A stretch of 64,000 bases of DNA from an uncultured delta proteobacterium (GCA_963696385.1 CAVOKF010000005.1:416001-480000), one strand, 5' to 3'. Shown: positions 20,628 to 31,688, counted from the stretch's first letter. Made by a program: numbers and translations. The notes: generated by a model not told the origin, from the letters alone.

Positions 20628-21980
20628 ATGCGCGAGTTCCAGTTCGACGGGCTCGTGGGTCCGACGCACAACTACGCCGGCCTGAGTCCAGGCAACGTGG
20701 CCAGCACAACGTACGAGGGGCAGCCGTCGAACCCGAAAGCCGCGGCGAAACAGGGGCTCGCAAAAATGCGTTTCGTGAGAGACCTGGGCGTCGCGCAGGC
20801 GGTCCTGCCGCCCCACGATCGTCCGAGCCTTGCGACGCTTCGACGGCTCGGCTTCCGCGGCAGCGACGAGGAGATGATTGCGGCGGCCTCGGCTGGAGAC
20901 GGCCTGTACTTGCGCCTCTGCTCCAGTGCCTCGGCCATGTGGGCGGCGAACGCGGCGACCGTCGCCCCATCCAGCGACGCGGCGGACGCGCGCGTCCACC
21001 TCACGCCGGCGAACCTGGCTCAGATGTTTCATCGCGCGATCGAGGCACCCACGTCGACTCGTGTGCTGCGCGCGATCTTCGCGGACGCGACTCACTTCGT
21101 CGTCCACGATCCGCTACCGGGCTGCAGCCAGTTCGCCGACGAGGGAGGGGCCAACCACATGCGACTCGACACCGGATGCGGTGCGGTGCACGTCCTCGCC
21201 TGGGGCCGTGCAGCGTGGGGACATGGGGTCGGTCCCCGACGCCATCCTGCCCGGCAGACGCGCGAAGCCAGTGGAGCGATCGTGCGGCTTCACGGTCTTG
21301 CCGCCGACCGGTGTCTGTTGCCGCAGCAGCATCCCGACGGGATCGATGCGGGGGCGTTCCACACGGATGTGTTGGCGGTCGGCAACGGACGCTTTCTCAT
21401 GTTTCACGAGCTCGCATTTGCGGAGGCCCGCTGGCTGAACGACGAGCTTCGCCGATTATTGGGTGACGATCTGGTCGTCGCCATCGCGACGAACACGGAG
21501 CTGCCGGTGAGTCGTGCCGTGGCGGCATACCCCTTCAACTCGCAGGTGCTCACGCTCGCCGACGGGTCCATGGCCGTCGTGGCGCCCGAGGACGCTCGAG
21601 AAGATGGCCCATCGGCGGCCTTTCTCCAGCGGGTCCTCGAAAGCGAAGGGCCGGTTCGCGCGTTGCATTACGTGGATGTGCGTGAGTCGATGCACAACGG
21701 TGGGGGCCCCGCTTGCCTGCGCTTGCGTGTGCCTCTGTCGCCCGAGGAGGCGCGGGCTCTGTCGGCCAACGTGCTCTTCGACGCGCCGCTCGATGCCGCG
21801 CTCCACTCATGGGTCGATCGCCACTACCGCGATCGACTGGTCCCCCCCGACCTTGCCGACCCCGCGCTGGCCCGAGAAAGCATGCGCGCGCTCGACGAGC
21901 TCACGCATCTCCTACGAATCGGCACGGTGTACGACTTTCAAACCGTGGCGGTAGGCGACGCCCTTCGGTCGGTATGCTAG
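20628..21980 (+). CDS. astB: N-succinylarginine dihydrolase
   Basis: FDGLVGPTHNYAGLS.GN, SASAMWAANAATV, DEGGANHMRL, SMHNGGGPACLRLRV. Confidence 0.95.
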   Translation: MREFQFDGLVGPTHNYAGLSPGNVASTTYEGQPSNPKAAAKQGLAKMRFVRDLGVAQAVLPPHDRPSLATLRRLGFRGSDEEMIAAASAGDGLYLRLCSSASAMWAANAATVAPSSDAADARVHLTPANLAQMFHRAIEAPTSTRVLRAIFADATHFVVHDPLPGCSQFADEGGANHMRLDTGCGAVHVLAWGRAAWGHGVGPRRHPARQTREASGAIVRLHGLAADRCLLPQQHPDGIDAGAFHTDVLAVGNGRFLMFHELAFAEARWLNDELRRLLGDDLVVAIATNTELPVSRAVAAYPFNSQVLTLADGSMAVVAPEDAREDGPSAAFLQRVLESEGPVRALHYVDVRESMHNGGGPACLRLRVPLSPEEARALSANVLFDAPLDAALHSWVDRHYRDRLVPPDLADPALARESMRALDELTHLLRIGTVYDFQTVAVGDALRSVC

Positions 21981-21997
21981 AGCGACGCGGTTTCCCG

Positions 21998-23746
21998 ATG
22001 CTCTTTACGCGCGCCCTCATCCCGACGATGAAAGACGCCCCAGCCGACGCGGCCAGCGCAAGTCATGTGCTGCTCGCGCGAGCTGGTTACATCCGCCGTG
22101 TCGGAGCTGGCATTTATGATTTTCTACCGCTCGGTCTGCGCGTACTGCGCAAAATCGAGCGGGTCGTTCGCGAGGAAATGGACCGGGCGGGTGCGCTCGA
22201 GCTGCTGATGCCCGCGCTCCTGCCAGCCGACTATTTCAAGGAAACCGGCCGCTGGGATCTCTACGGTGACGTGCTCTTTCGAATTCGAGACCGAAAGGGT
22301 GGGGACTATCACCTGGGTCCCACACACGAAGAGATCGTTACGGACATCGCCCGTCGTGAACTCAAGAGCTGGCGCGATCTTCCGAAGACGCTCTATCAGA
22401 TCCAAGTCAAGTTTCGCGATGAGCCCCGCCCCCGTGGCGGGCTTCTCAGGTGCCGAGAGTTCACGATGAAAGACGCGTACTCGTTCGATGCGAACGAGGA
22501 CCTCGCACTCGCCAGTTACGAGCGGATGCGTCAGGCGTACGTCCGCATCCTGAACCGAATGGGTCTCACGTATCGCATGGTGCAAGCCGACGCCGGCGCC
22601 ATCGGCGGGTCGACGAGCGCCGAGTTCCAGGTGCTCGTCGACTCTGGCGAAGACGCGATCGTCGCCTGTGACAAGTGCGATTACGCCGCGAACCTGGAGG
22701 TCGCCGTGCCCGGCCTGAGCCCGGTCCCCTCCGCCGAGTCGTCGCCCGATCGCGGGGCCGATGCGGTAAGCAAAGCGTCCACCGCGCGCATCCATACGCC
22801 GGGACATGGCGCGATCGACGACGTTGCGAAGCTGCTTGGAATTCCCAAGAGCTCGATGCTCAAGTGTCTCCTGTACACGGCCGGGAAAGAACTCGTGATG
22901 GTCGTCGTTCGGGGTGATCACGAGGTCAACGAGGTACGGCTTGCGCGCGCCGTGGGCGTGGACGAAGTGTTTCTCGCCAGCCAGGCCGATGTCGAGCGGG
23001 TGACCGGCGCTGCGATCGGCTTCGCGGGACCGGTGGGCTTCGACGGCCGAATCGTCGTGGACCCGGCCGCGCAGCGGGTCTCGGGCGGCGTGACGGGCGC
23101 GAACCAAACGGATTGGCACCTGACGAACGTGCAATTCGGACGCGACTATCGTGGCCAGATCGTGGACGTGCGCCTCGCCGCGGGGGGCGACCCGTGCCCT
23201 CGTTGCGACGGCGGTACACTAATCGCTTACCGGGGGATCGAGGCGGGCCACATCTTCGTCCTCGGTACGAAGTACTCGGTGCCGATGGGAGCGACGTTCA
23301 TCGATGAGAAGCAGCAGCAGCGCCCGCTCGTCATGGGCTGTTACGGAATCGGCATTTCACGTCTCGTGGCGACGACGGTCGAGCAACATCACGACGACAA
23401 CGGCATTCGGTGGCCCATCGCGGTCGCGCCCTATCATGTGCACGTCGTCACCCTCGGGAACGAGGGCGATGTCCTCGCGACAGCGCGAGCTCTCTGCGAC
23501 TCGCTGGAGCTCGCCGGGGCGGAAGTGCTCTGGGACGATCGGGACGAACGTCCCGGAGTGAAGTTCAAAGACGCAGATCTCATCGGCATCCCGCTTCGCG
23601 TGATCATTGGCGCCAAAGGTCTCGCCGCCGGACACGTCGAGCTGAAGACTCGCACCGATTCCGATCCGAAAAGGGTCGAGCGTCTGCCCATCCCCGAGGC
23701 GGCTGCGACGATTGCGGATCGGGTCCGTGTCGGGCTTCGGGGATGA
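21998..23746 (+). CDS. proS: Proline--tRNA ligase (with editing insertion domain)
   Basis: GPTHEE, FRDEPRPRGGLLR.REF.MKDAYSF, MGCYGIGISR, KFKDADLIGIP. Confidence 0.97.
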   Translation: MLFTRALIPTMKDAPADAASASHVLLARAGYIRRVGAGIYDFLPLGLRVLRKIERVVREEMDRAGALELLMPALLPADYFKETGRWDLYGDVLFRIRDRKGGDYHLGPTHEEIVTDIARRELKSWRDLPKTLYQIQVKFRDEPRPRGGLLRCREFTMKDAYSFDANEDLALASYERMRQAYVRILNRMGLTYRMVQADAGAIGGSTSAEFQVLVDSGEDAIVACDKCDYAANLEVAVPGLSPVPSAESSPDRGADAVSKASTARIHTPGHGAIDDVAKLLGIPKSSMLKCLLYTAGKELVMVVVRGDHEVNEVRLARAVGVDEVFLASQADVERVTGAAIGFAGPVGFDGRIVVDPAAQRVSGGVTGANQTDWHLTNVQFGRDYRGQIVDVRLAAGGDPCPRCDGGTLIAYRGIEAGHIFVLGTKYSVPMGATFIDEKQQQRPLVMGCYGIGISRLVATTVEQHHDDNGIRWPIAVAPYHVHVVTLGNEGDVLATARALCDSLELAGAEVLWDDRDERPGVKFKDADLIGIPLRVIIGAKGLAAGHVELKTRTDSDPKRVERLPIPEAAATIADRVRVGLRG

Positions 23747-24438
23747 TACCGGCGGCTCCGACTCGTTCGCCCCCGGTCACGGTCGCAGGCGAGGTCGAGA
23801 CCCGTGTGCCGGGCGGTGCCCCTGGGCTAGTGATCGAGGCGCGCATCCACGCTCCGACCGATGCCGTGCGTGCGGTGGTGCTGTGCCATCCCCATCCGCT
23901 GTACGGCGGAAGCATGCACAGTCCGGTTCCGCTCGTGATCGCGAAATGGCTGTCCGATGCGGGCAGAGGCCGGGTCGCATGGGCACGCTTCAACTTCCGT
24001 GGCGTTGGCGCGAGCACGGGAGTCTACGATGAGGGACGAGGAGAGGTGGACGATGCCCGCGCCGTCATCGTTCAAGTGCGTCGTCTCGTGCCTTTGGCTC
24101 ACGTGGCGATATGCGGTCACTCGTTCGGATCGTGGGTCGGCTTGCGCGCCGCGCTGTGCGAAGAAGCGGTCGATCGGGTCCTTCTTGTGGCGCCGAGCGC
24201 ACGCATGTTCGATTTCGAAAGCTTGTCGGTGTCGACTCGGGCGAGCGCGATTCGAAAGACGGTGTTCGTCGGCGATCGCGATGAGTTCTGCAGCGTCGAC
24301 GACGCTCGAAGACTGGCCGAAGTGCTTGGCGCCGACCTGCAAGTTTTCGAAGGGTTCGACCACCATTTCTTGAAATCGCGGCGTGCCCTGGCAGAGCGGG
24401 CAATGCCCGTCGTAGCCCCTGAGGTCTCAGTTCCATGA
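23743..24438 (+). CDS. Alpha/beta hydrolase
   Basis: CHPHPLYGGSM, RFNFRGVGAS, GHSFG nucleophile elbow, DHHF. Confidence 0.9.
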   Translation: MIPAAPTRSPPVTVAGEVETRVPGGAPGLVIEARIHAPTDAVRAVVLCHPHPLYGGSMHSPVPLVIAKWLSDAGRGRVAWARFNFRGVGASTGVYDEGRGEVDDARAVIVQVRRLVPLAHVAICGHSFGSWVGLRAALCEEAVDRVLLVAPSARMFDFESLSVSTRASAIRKTVFVGDRDEFCSVDDARRLAEVLGADLQVFEGFDHHFLKSRRALAERAMPVVAPEVSVP

Positions 24439-25619
24439 GCGAGCGAAAGACGATCACCTCCACCGAAGCCGTTCACGCAGGCGACGACAAGTTCAAAGGC
24501 TACGAATCCGTGCCGATGCCGATCGTGCAGACGGCCACCTACACGTTTGCGGACAGCGCCGAGATCGCGCGGTATACGAGTGGGGAACATTCCGATCCCG
24601 AACGAGGCGAGTACGCCCGTTACGGCAACCCCACGGTGCGGGCGGTCGAGCGACGCCTCGCTGCGCTGGAAGGAACCGAGGATGCGGCGCTCTTCGCGAG
24701 CGGCATGGCCGCGGTGACGACGGGCCTCTTCGCTCTCGTCAAGAGCGGCCAGCACATCGTCCTCTTCCAAGACTGTTATCGGCGGACGCTCGAGTTCGTC
24801 AAGGACGTACTGACGCGCTTCGGCGTCGCGCACACCCTGTTGCCCGCGGGTGACGTGGCATCGTTGCCGGACGCGATCCGCCCCGAGACGCGTCTCGTCC
24901 TGAGCGAGTCGCCGACGAACCCGTATCTGTCGTGCATCGATCTCGGGCGAGTCGCGGCCGCGTGCAGAAGCCGTCGTACGGTAAAATCGATGATCGACGC
25001 GACCTTGGCGACGCCGTTCAACTGCCGTCCGACGACCTTCGGCGTAGATCTGGTCGTGCACAGCGCGACGAAATACCTAGCGGGCCACAATGACGTCATG
25101 GCCGGGGTCGTTTGCGGCCCGGCCGGCCTGGTGTCCATCATCCGCGACCTGCGTGGTGTGCTCGGTGGCGTGTGCGATCCGCACGCGGCGTTCCTCGTCG
25201 GACGAGGGCTCAAGACGCTGGCACTGCGCCTCGAAAGGCAGAATGCAACCGCCCTCGCGGTCGCCGAGTGGCTCGAGAAGCATCCGAAGATCGAGCGCGT
25301 CTTCTATCCCGGTCTCGTTTCTCACGCGACGCATGGCATTGCGCGGGCGCAAATGAGCGGCTTCGGTGGAGTCGTCAGCTTCATTGTCCGCGGGGGCCTC
25401 GCTGCGGCGAGCAGCCTCGTTGACGCCACAAGACTCGCGAGAATCGCGGTCAGCTTCGGCGGAGTCGAGACGCTGATCGAGCAGCCAGCCATCATGAGCT
25501 ATTACGAAATGACGAGCGAGCAGCGCCGAGCCATCGGGATTTCCGACGGCCTCATCCGACTTTCCGTCGGAATCGAAGACGCGGGCGACGTCATCGCGGA
25601 TCTCGAAGCCGCTCTTTAG
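24435..25619 (+). CDS. Cystathionine gamma-synthase/lyase family PLP enzyme
   Basis: YARYGNPT, SGMAA, ESPTNP, HSATKYLAGHND, RLSVGIED. Confidence 0.92.
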   Translation: MSERKTITSTEAVHAGDDKFKGYESVPMPIVQTATYTFADSAEIARYTSGEHSDPERGEYARYGNPTVRAVERRLAALEGTEDAALFASGMAAVTTGLFALVKSGQHIVLFQDCYRRTLEFVKDVLTRFGVAHTLLPAGDVASLPDAIRPETRLVLSESPTNPYLSCIDLGRVAAACRSRRTVKSMIDATLATPFNCRPTTFGVDLVVHSATKYLAGHNDVMAGVVCGPAGLVSIIRDLRGVLGGVCDPHAAFLVGRGLKTLALRLERQNATALAVAEWLEKHPKIERVFYPGLVSHATHGIARAQMSGFGGVVSFIVRGGLAAASSLVDATRLARIAVSFGGVETLIEQPAIMSYYEMTSEQRRAIGISDGLIRLSVGIEDAGDVIADLEAAL

Positions 25620-25674
25620 CGGTCGCGGTCGGCGTTGGGGTCGCCGTCATGTTGGGGCGGTCGCGCAAGAATCG

Positions 25675-27774
25675 TCAGGTGCGAGGTCCGAGGCCTTCGA
25701 GCATGGCCAAAATGGCGCTCGCGCTTGCCGCGGCCTCGCGGACGGTCGTCGGAGCGTCGTTCTTCACCTCTTGCTCGTCGAGCAGTTCGGCGGGGATATC
25801 GAGAAGAAACCGGCTTGGCATTCGCGGCACCGCTTTGCCGCGCAGCACGCGTGCCTTCGCCCGGCTGAGGACCAGATGATCTCTCGAGCGTGTGATCCCC
25901 ACATAGAACAGTCGCCGCTCCTCTTCGATGGGGGCGCAGCCATCTTCGCCGAGGCCGTCGGTTGCCCGGGCATCGATCGTGCGGCCATGGGGCAGATACC
26001 CTTCCTCGCATCCGATCAAGAAGACGACGTCGAACTCGAGTCCCTTGCTGCCGTGCAGCGTCGAGAGAGTCACGACGTCTTGGGCGTCGTCGAGGTCCGC
26101 GTCGATATCCAGGGTCAGCAGCTGCAAGAAGCCGGCCAGACCATCGGTCGCCGCGCCATGGCGCGCCTCGCGCCTCGCGAGGGTGGCCAGCACGCCCTCG
26201 ACGTTAGCCCAGCGTTTGGCCGCCGCATCGGCAGTGGGGCCGCTGGTGTCGATCTCCGCCTTGAAGCCGACGCGCTCGACAATCGTGCGCGCGACTTGGC
26301 TCGGCGGTCGCGTCGACGACACGAGATCGCGCCGCGCCTCAGCCACCGCGCTTGCGAGAGCACGGCATCCGTCGCGTGCCGCAGTGCCGACGTCGTCGAA
26401 CGCATCGACGCGCTCGACGGCCTGCCAGAGCGTCCAGCCGCGCGCGAGCGCCCCCGTCAAAAGCTTCTCGAAAGTCGCTTCCCCGATGGCCCGCGGCGGG
26501 TAATTGACGATGCGGCGCAGGCTGATTTCGTCGGCGGGGTTGAGCGCCAGCTTGAGGTAGGCGAGGGTATCCTTGACCTCTTTGCGTTCGAAGAATTGCA
26601 TTCCACCTACCACGCGGTGCGAAATGCCCTGCTCACGGAGCGCCTCTTCGATGAATCGTGACTGGTTGTTCGAGCGATAGAGAACCGCGATTTCGCCGGG
26701 ACGCCGCCTTTCTTCGCTCACGTAACGGCGGATCTCGCGCGCCACCCAGGCCGCCTCCGCTTCGGGTGTGGCGGCAATGGCGTGGCGCACCGGGTGGCCG
26801 CCGGCCCGGCGGCTGAAGAGGACCTTGCGCCATTTGGCGTCCGTTCGCTTCGCGATGACGGCGTTCGCGACGGCAAGAATGGGCGTCGTGGATCGATAGT
26901 TCTGTTCGAGCTTGATGACGCGTGCGCCTGGGAAGTGGCGGTCGAAATCGAGGATGTTTTTCACCTCCGCACCGCGCCAGCCGTAGATGGCCTGATCGTC
27001 GTCGCCCACGGCGCATACGTTTCCACGTCGCGCGCACAAGAGGCGAAGCATCTCGAGCTGCGCACGGTTGGTATCTTGATATTCGTCGACGAGGACATGG
27101 ATGAACCTCTCTTGCCATCGGGCTCGGACCTCGGAGTGATCGCGCCAAAGGCGCGCGACCTCACAGATGAGATCGTCGAAATCGAACGCGCGGTATCGGC
27201 GGAGCGCGTTCTGATAACGCGGAAAAATGGCTTTCGTGATCTCGTCGTAGTCGTCTCCCTCGCGACAGGGGAGCTCGTCCGGCCTAAGGCCGGCGTTTTT
27301 CGCGGTCGAAATGCGCGCCAAGATGGCTTGGGCGTCGAACGTTCGGTCCGCCCCGGCCGCCCGCAGCAACTGCTTCACGAGCGCGCTTTGGTCGCCGTGA
27401 TCGAAAATGGTGAAGTGGCCACCGAGCACGTCCCGCTCGCGCCCGAGCACCTCGAGACCGAACGAGTGGAACGTCGACACGGTAAGTCCGCCCACTCCGC
27501 TGGCGGAGCGTCGGCCGCCGCCCGTAGCGCCCTTGCCGAGGATCTTGCCAACGCGCTCGCGCATTTCGGCGGCGGCCTTGTTGGTGAACGTGAGCGCGAC
27601 GAGAGCCCCGGGCGGTATGCCGCGTGCGACCAGTCGTGCGATCCGATGCGTGATGACGCGCGTTTTGCCCGACCCGGCACCCGCGAGCACGAGCAGCGGC
27701 CCGTCGCCGTGCTCGACCGCTTCGCGTTGGGCGTCATTCAACGGCGTTGATGCGACTTTGGGTGCGAGGGCCAT
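25675..27774 (-). CDS. UvrD/Rep/PcrA family SF1 helicase
   Basis: AGAGSGKT, TFTNKAA, DEYQD, GDDDQAIY, QNYRS, HGSKGLEF, EERRLFYVGITR. Confidence 0.95.
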   Translation of the reverse strand: MALAPKVASTPLNDAQREAVEHGDGPLLVLAGAGSGKTRVITHRIARLVARGIPPGALVALTFTNKAAAEMRERVGKILGKGATGGGRRSASGVGGLTVSTFHSFGLEVLGRERDVLGGHFTIFDHGDQSALVKQLLRAAGADRTFDAQAILARISTAKNAGLRPDELPCREGDDYDEITKAIFPRYQNALRRYRAFDFDDLICEVARLWRDHSEVRARWQERFIHVLVDEYQDTNRAQLEMLRLLCARRGNVCAVGDDDQAIYGWRGAEVKNILDFDRHFPGARVIKLEQNYRSTTPILAVANAVIAKRTDAKWRKVLFSRRAGGHPVRHAIAATPEAEAAWVAREIRRYVSEERRRPGEIAVLYRSNNQSRFIEEALREQGISHRVVGGMQFFERKEVKDTLAYLKLALNPADEISLRRIVNYPPRAIGEATFEKLLTGALARGWTLWQAVERVDAFDDVGTAARDGCRALASAVAEARRDLVSSTRPPSQVARTIVERVGFKAEIDTSGPTADAAAKRWANVEGVLATLARREARHGAATDGLAGFLQLLTLDIDADLDDAQDVVTLSTLHGSKGLEFDVVFLIGCEEGYLPHGRTIDARATDGLGEDGCAPIEEERRLFYVGITRSRDHLVLSRAKARVLRGKAVPRMPSRFLLDIPAELLDEQEVKNDAPTTVREAAASASAILAMLEGLGPRT

Positions 27775-27851
27775 CGGCCAGCGGTTCTTTACCCTCGGCG
27801 CCTTCACGGGACTAGATTGATAAGAGGGCTCGCGTATGCTCGACCGCATTG

Positions 27852-29837
27852 ATGCTCCCGTGCCGCGTAGCGCACGTGCCCCTGGGTCTTGTCGCAGCCT
27901 GGGTCCTCTGCGCGCAAGCTGCGTGCGGCGGTTCGTCGCCTGTGCTCCGTGCCCCGTCCGCTGCCGCGATCTCCAGGGGGACGCCCGGGCCCGCGACAAC
28001 TGCGGATCTGGGTCCGGTAGCTCTTCCGGCGAACCTCATCGTGTTCGGACGCATCACCAAGCCGAGCGCATCCCTCTCGATTGCACACGCGTGGTCGAAA
28101 CTACCGACGCCGCAGTCCGAGCAGTTGAGCGAGCTGGTCGTCGGAGAACCCGTGGGGCCGCTCATCGATGTCGATCAGCCTGTCGACTTTGCCCTCGCCG
28201 TGAACCGACCAGGGGGCGGCCCTCCCTCCGACACCGCACTTTTTTCGGTGTCGGCAGGCATTCGGGACCTCGACGTCGCCAAGGCCGCTCTAACGGAGCG
28301 ATACAAGCTGGTGCCCGCCGACAACGGCGCCCTGGTGATTCAAGGACTTGGCACCGCCGCGGACTCCGGCGCCGACGAAGAAGATCGCGACTCCCAAGCC
28401 CGCCGCACGTGTGAGCTTGCCCCTGCCTACGGGTCCTCGGCGACGCGGCTCGTCTGCGCGCTCGGAGATCCGAAGGCCTTGACCGAGCTTGGCCCCTGGC
28501 TCACGCGCGGCGCAACGCGTATGCGCTCGACCTCCGACGTGCGCGTCGACGTCCGGGTGCAGCCGATGAAGTCGCTCGTTTCCGACAAGTGGAAGACGAT
28601 GTCGATTCTTCTCGGCGCGTTCACCGGCAGCTCGCTCGGAATTCCGAGCGTCCGCGAGCTCGCGATGGCTGCGGCCCAAGACCTCGTAAACTCCGTGTTG
28701 GATCTCGATACTCTTTCGCTGGACCTCCATTTGTCGGATTCCGCCGCTCGCGTCGTTCTCACGCAGAACTTCTCGGGCACGACGTCGTTGTTCGCGCAAC
28801 TGGCGACCGCGAATGCCGATCGCGTCGGGCCGCCGCCCGCCCAATTCTGGCAAATGCCGTCGGATGCGGACCTCGCGGTCTTCGGAAGGGGAACTGATCC
28901 CGCCCTCTTGGCGCCCATCAGAGACCGCATGCTTAAAGTCGTCAGCGAGACACTCGCAGAGGACGGCGTAAAGTCACCGGACGGCCGAGCGCTCGTCGAG
29001 GCACTGCGCCGGTTTCCGCTATCGACCGCAACGGTTTACGCGCATGGGATCGACGTCGAGGCAGCGCGTAAATCGGTCGCTGTCGCAGTTTCCTCCGCTG
29101 GGGACGAGAGCGAGCAAACTGCAAGGTGGTCGTTGGCCAAAGACCTGGTCGGCTGGCACGTGGTCGAAATGGACGAGCCCGCCTCGGATTTGTCCCAAGC
29201 GCTGAAGGCACTGACCGCGGCATGGAGCCGGCCGGCCGTCGCCTCCGTGTACCGCGCCGGGTTCAGGGGGTTGCCCGCGGTCCGGTTGGCTCCCGCACCG
29301 ATGCCGAAAGGCGGCGCGTGGCCCGTCACGGCGGAGCACTACGTGGTGGAGCTTCAGCCCCCCCCTCCCGCGCACCAGAAGGCGGGCGGGAAAACGCAGC
29401 CGGCGGCTCGGTCGGTAACGTTTCATGTCTTCGTGGTACCCGATGGAGGCCGAACCTGGGTGGGTGTCGGGGGCGATGAGTCGTTGATCACCGCCAAGCT
29501 GGCCTCCGCGATAGCGGGTTCCGGCGACTCTCTTCGCTCGATGTCGGAGCTGATGTTGCTCAAGGATTCGCATGTGGGTGCAGCGGGCTTCGTTACGATA
29601 AGAGGGGTCGCCACGGAAGCGATGGGCATCGCGGCGCTCGTGGGCATGTCGCCGCAGAGTGCGGCCGACACCTTGGCGGAGTTGCAGCGTTTGCCGGCTG
29701 CGGGAACCAGCGCGCTGAGCCTCACGTCCACGTCGAGCTCTTCGAAGGCTCCTGCCGCGGTCGTCACGTCCTTCGACGTGCCGCGCGCCGCCGTCGAGGA
29801 CGGGATCGTCTGGGCGTTGCACCACGGCGGCTTCTGA
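27852..29837 (+). CDS. Hypothetical lipoprotein
   Basis: Long ORF, hydrophobic N-terminus ending AAC-GG. Confidence 0.75.
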   Translation: MLPCRVAHVPLGLVAAWVLCAQAACGGSSPVLRAPSAAAISRGTPGPATTADLGPVALPANLIVFGRITKPSASLSIAHAWSKLPTPQSEQLSELVVGEPVGPLIDVDQPVDFALAVNRPGGGPPSDTALFSVSAGIRDLDVAKAALTERYKLVPADNGALVIQGLGTAADSGADEEDRDSQARRTCELAPAYGSSATRLVCALGDPKALTELGPWLTRGATRMRSTSDVRVDVRVQPMKSLVSDKWKTMSILLGAFTGSSLGIPSVRELAMAAAQDLVNSVLDLDTLSLDLHLSDSAARVVLTQNFSGTTSLFAQLATANADRVGPPPAQFWQMPSDADLAVFGRGTDPALLAPIRDRMLKVVSETLAEDGVKSPDGRALVEALRRFPLSTATVYAHGIDVEAARKSVAVAVSSAGDESEQTARWSLAKDLVGWHVVEMDEPASDLSQALKALTAAWSRPAVASVYRAGFRGLPAVRLAPAPMPKGGAWPVTAEHYVVELQPPPPAHQKAGGKTQPAARSVTFHVFVVPDGGRTWVGVGGDESLITAKLASAIAGSGDSLRSMSELMLLKDSHVGAAGFVTIRGVATEAMGIAALVGMSPQSAADTLAELQRLPAAGTSALSLTSTSSSSKAPAAVVTSFDVPRAAVEDGIVWALHHGGF

Positions 29838-29931
29838 GCGTTCATGCTCGTGGAAACGGGGGACCGCCGACCCCCGTCGCTTCGCCTCGAAAGTTGTCCG
29901 CGTGGGCGGACCTGGTTGAACATCCGCTTGC

Positions 29932-31671
29932 ATGCACCCCCGGGTTCTCGCGGCGTTCGCATGCGCGCTTTGTGCATGGCTCGTTTCGGGCCGCGCTTCC
30001 GCTTGGCAGGAGGCACATGAGATCGGCGACGACCTCGAGCTCGAGGTCGAGCCGAGCGGCCTGGCGACGGTTCGGCACGAGATCCGATGGCACGTGGTGC
30101 ACGGTCCTCTGAAGTCCTTTGACCTCACCAATGTCGACGGATCCGCGGTGGTCGAACCCCTGGTGAACGTCGACTCGGACGACGGACGGAGCTTGGCGGC
30201 ACACGTCTCGAGCCAAGACGCGAGGACGGCTCGTGTCGTTGTCGATGACCCTCGCGCGACGCAACACGGAACGTTCACCTTCGACGTCCGCTGGCGAATC
30301 GACCTGGTCGCCGCGGGCGCTCTCGTTCGCGACGGAGCCACCTGGCGACTGAGCATTTCCCAGCCTGTCGCCGTGGAAGGCTTGAATGGGGCGCAGACCA
30401 TCATCGACCTACCCGCCGCGCCGGACCCGCCGCAGCCTCTCGATCCCGAGACCGGCGCCGTCGATGACGGTGCGCTCGCGACGCTTCGCCGTGGAGTCGA
30501 TCGCGACGTGCTGAAGCTTTTGCGGCCTCACGTCGCGCGCGGCGAATCCGTGAAGTGGGTCGTCCGCGTCGACGATCGGGCGTTATCGGGCGTCGCGGCG
30601 CTGCACCCGCCGCCTCCCGTCGATCCGCGCGTCTCTTCGGAACCGGACCGGATTCGCGGCGCGTCGCTTGCGGCGTCGATCGGCGTCGTCGGTCTTGCGT
30701 ACGCTTGGTTGGTTCGTCGCAAATCGGGCGCTAAGGGCGCCGACCCGGGGGGCGGTGAAGCCAACCTGGAGCGGCCCGTGCTGCCGCTGCCGCTCGGGCT
30801 CCGATCGACCCTGAGCGGAGCAAGTTTGGCGCTTGGCATCGTGCTCCAAGTTTCGGACGAGGTGGGCGGCGGGGGCGTGTGCGTCGCGATCGCGATCGTC
30901 GCTGCGGCGATCCGCCCGAAAGCCCCGAGGGCAACCGCCAGGGGCCCTGGGCGCTGGTTCGTATTGCGGCCTTGCGACGCCTTCGCGGCACGGGCCCGCC
31001 CGAGCGACTGGCTCGACCTCGGCAGTCCGTCGGGTCGCATCACTGCGCTTCTGGTGGGCGCTGCCGTGACCGTCCTCATCCTCGTGCTCCGCAACATCTG
31101 GGCGGATGCTCCCTGGCTGGTCGGGATGGACGCTCTCGTGTTCGTTCCGCTTTGGATGAGCCCCGGCTCCCGTGCGGGGTGCCCCTATGGTGGTCGTGGC
31201 GCCGCACGTTGGCTGGCCCGGAGCTACCGCCGGTTGTCTCGAGTCGATCGGCTTCGGGTGGCGCCTTGGGCTCGCGTGGCGCAAGACGGCTCGATCGACG
31301 AGCTTCGACTGCTGGTTCTTCCGCGATTGGCGGTCCCGGGCCTCGTGGGGATCGAAATGGGGCTGGCGTGGAGCTCGACTCCCGTGGGTGGCGTCGGCTT
31401 GCCCGAGGTTCTCGTCCGCTTTCTCCATTCGAGCGACGCATCGAGCCGTCTGACCGAGGCGCTGCCCCGAGAGCGTAGCCTGCCGGGCCGCCGTCCGGAG
31501 GAGCGCGTCGTTCGCCTATTACCGCGGTGGCCGACGTGCGATGCGAGCGTCGTGCTGGCCGGCGAGCTTGCCGGTGTGCTCACCGATCGGCGCGCGGCAC
31601 CATTCGTGTCGTGTTCGGGCCGAGAGCGCCGGACAGCACGCCTTGCCTCGCCCGGCCCCAGTCTCTGCTAA
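29932..31671 (+). CDS. Hypothetical membrane protein: signal peptide, exported beta domain, several TM helices
   Basis: ASA-W cleavage-like site; hydrophobic segments in the middle third. Confidence 0.72.
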   Translation: MHPRVLAAFACALCAWLVSGRASAWQEAHEIGDDLELEVEPSGLATVRHEIRWHVVHGPLKSFDLTNVDGSAVVEPLVNVDSDDGRSLAAHVSSQDARTARVVVDDPRATQHGTFTFDVRWRIDLVAAGALVRDGATWRLSISQPVAVEGLNGAQTIIDLPAAPDPPQPLDPETGAVDDGALATLRRGVDRDVLKLLRPHVARGESVKWVVRVDDRALSGVAALHPPPPVDPRVSSEPDRIRGASLAASIGVVGLAYAWLVRRKSGAKGADPGGGEANLERPVLPLPLGLRSTLSGASLALGIVLQVSDEVGGGGVCVAIAIVAAAIRPKAPRATARGPGRWFVLRPCDAFAARARPSDWLDLGSPSGRITALLVGAAVTVLILVLRNIWADAPWLVGMDALVFVPLWMSPGSRAGCPYGGRGAARWLARSYRRLSRVDRLRVAPWARVAQDGSIDELRLLVLPRLAVPGLVGIEMGLAWSSTPVGGVGLPEVLVRFLHSSDASSRLTEALPRERSLPGRRPEERVVRLLPRWPTCDASVVLAGELAGVLTDRRAAPFVSCSGRERRTARLASPGPSLC

Positions 31672-31688
31672 ACCCCACGTTCGCCGCC

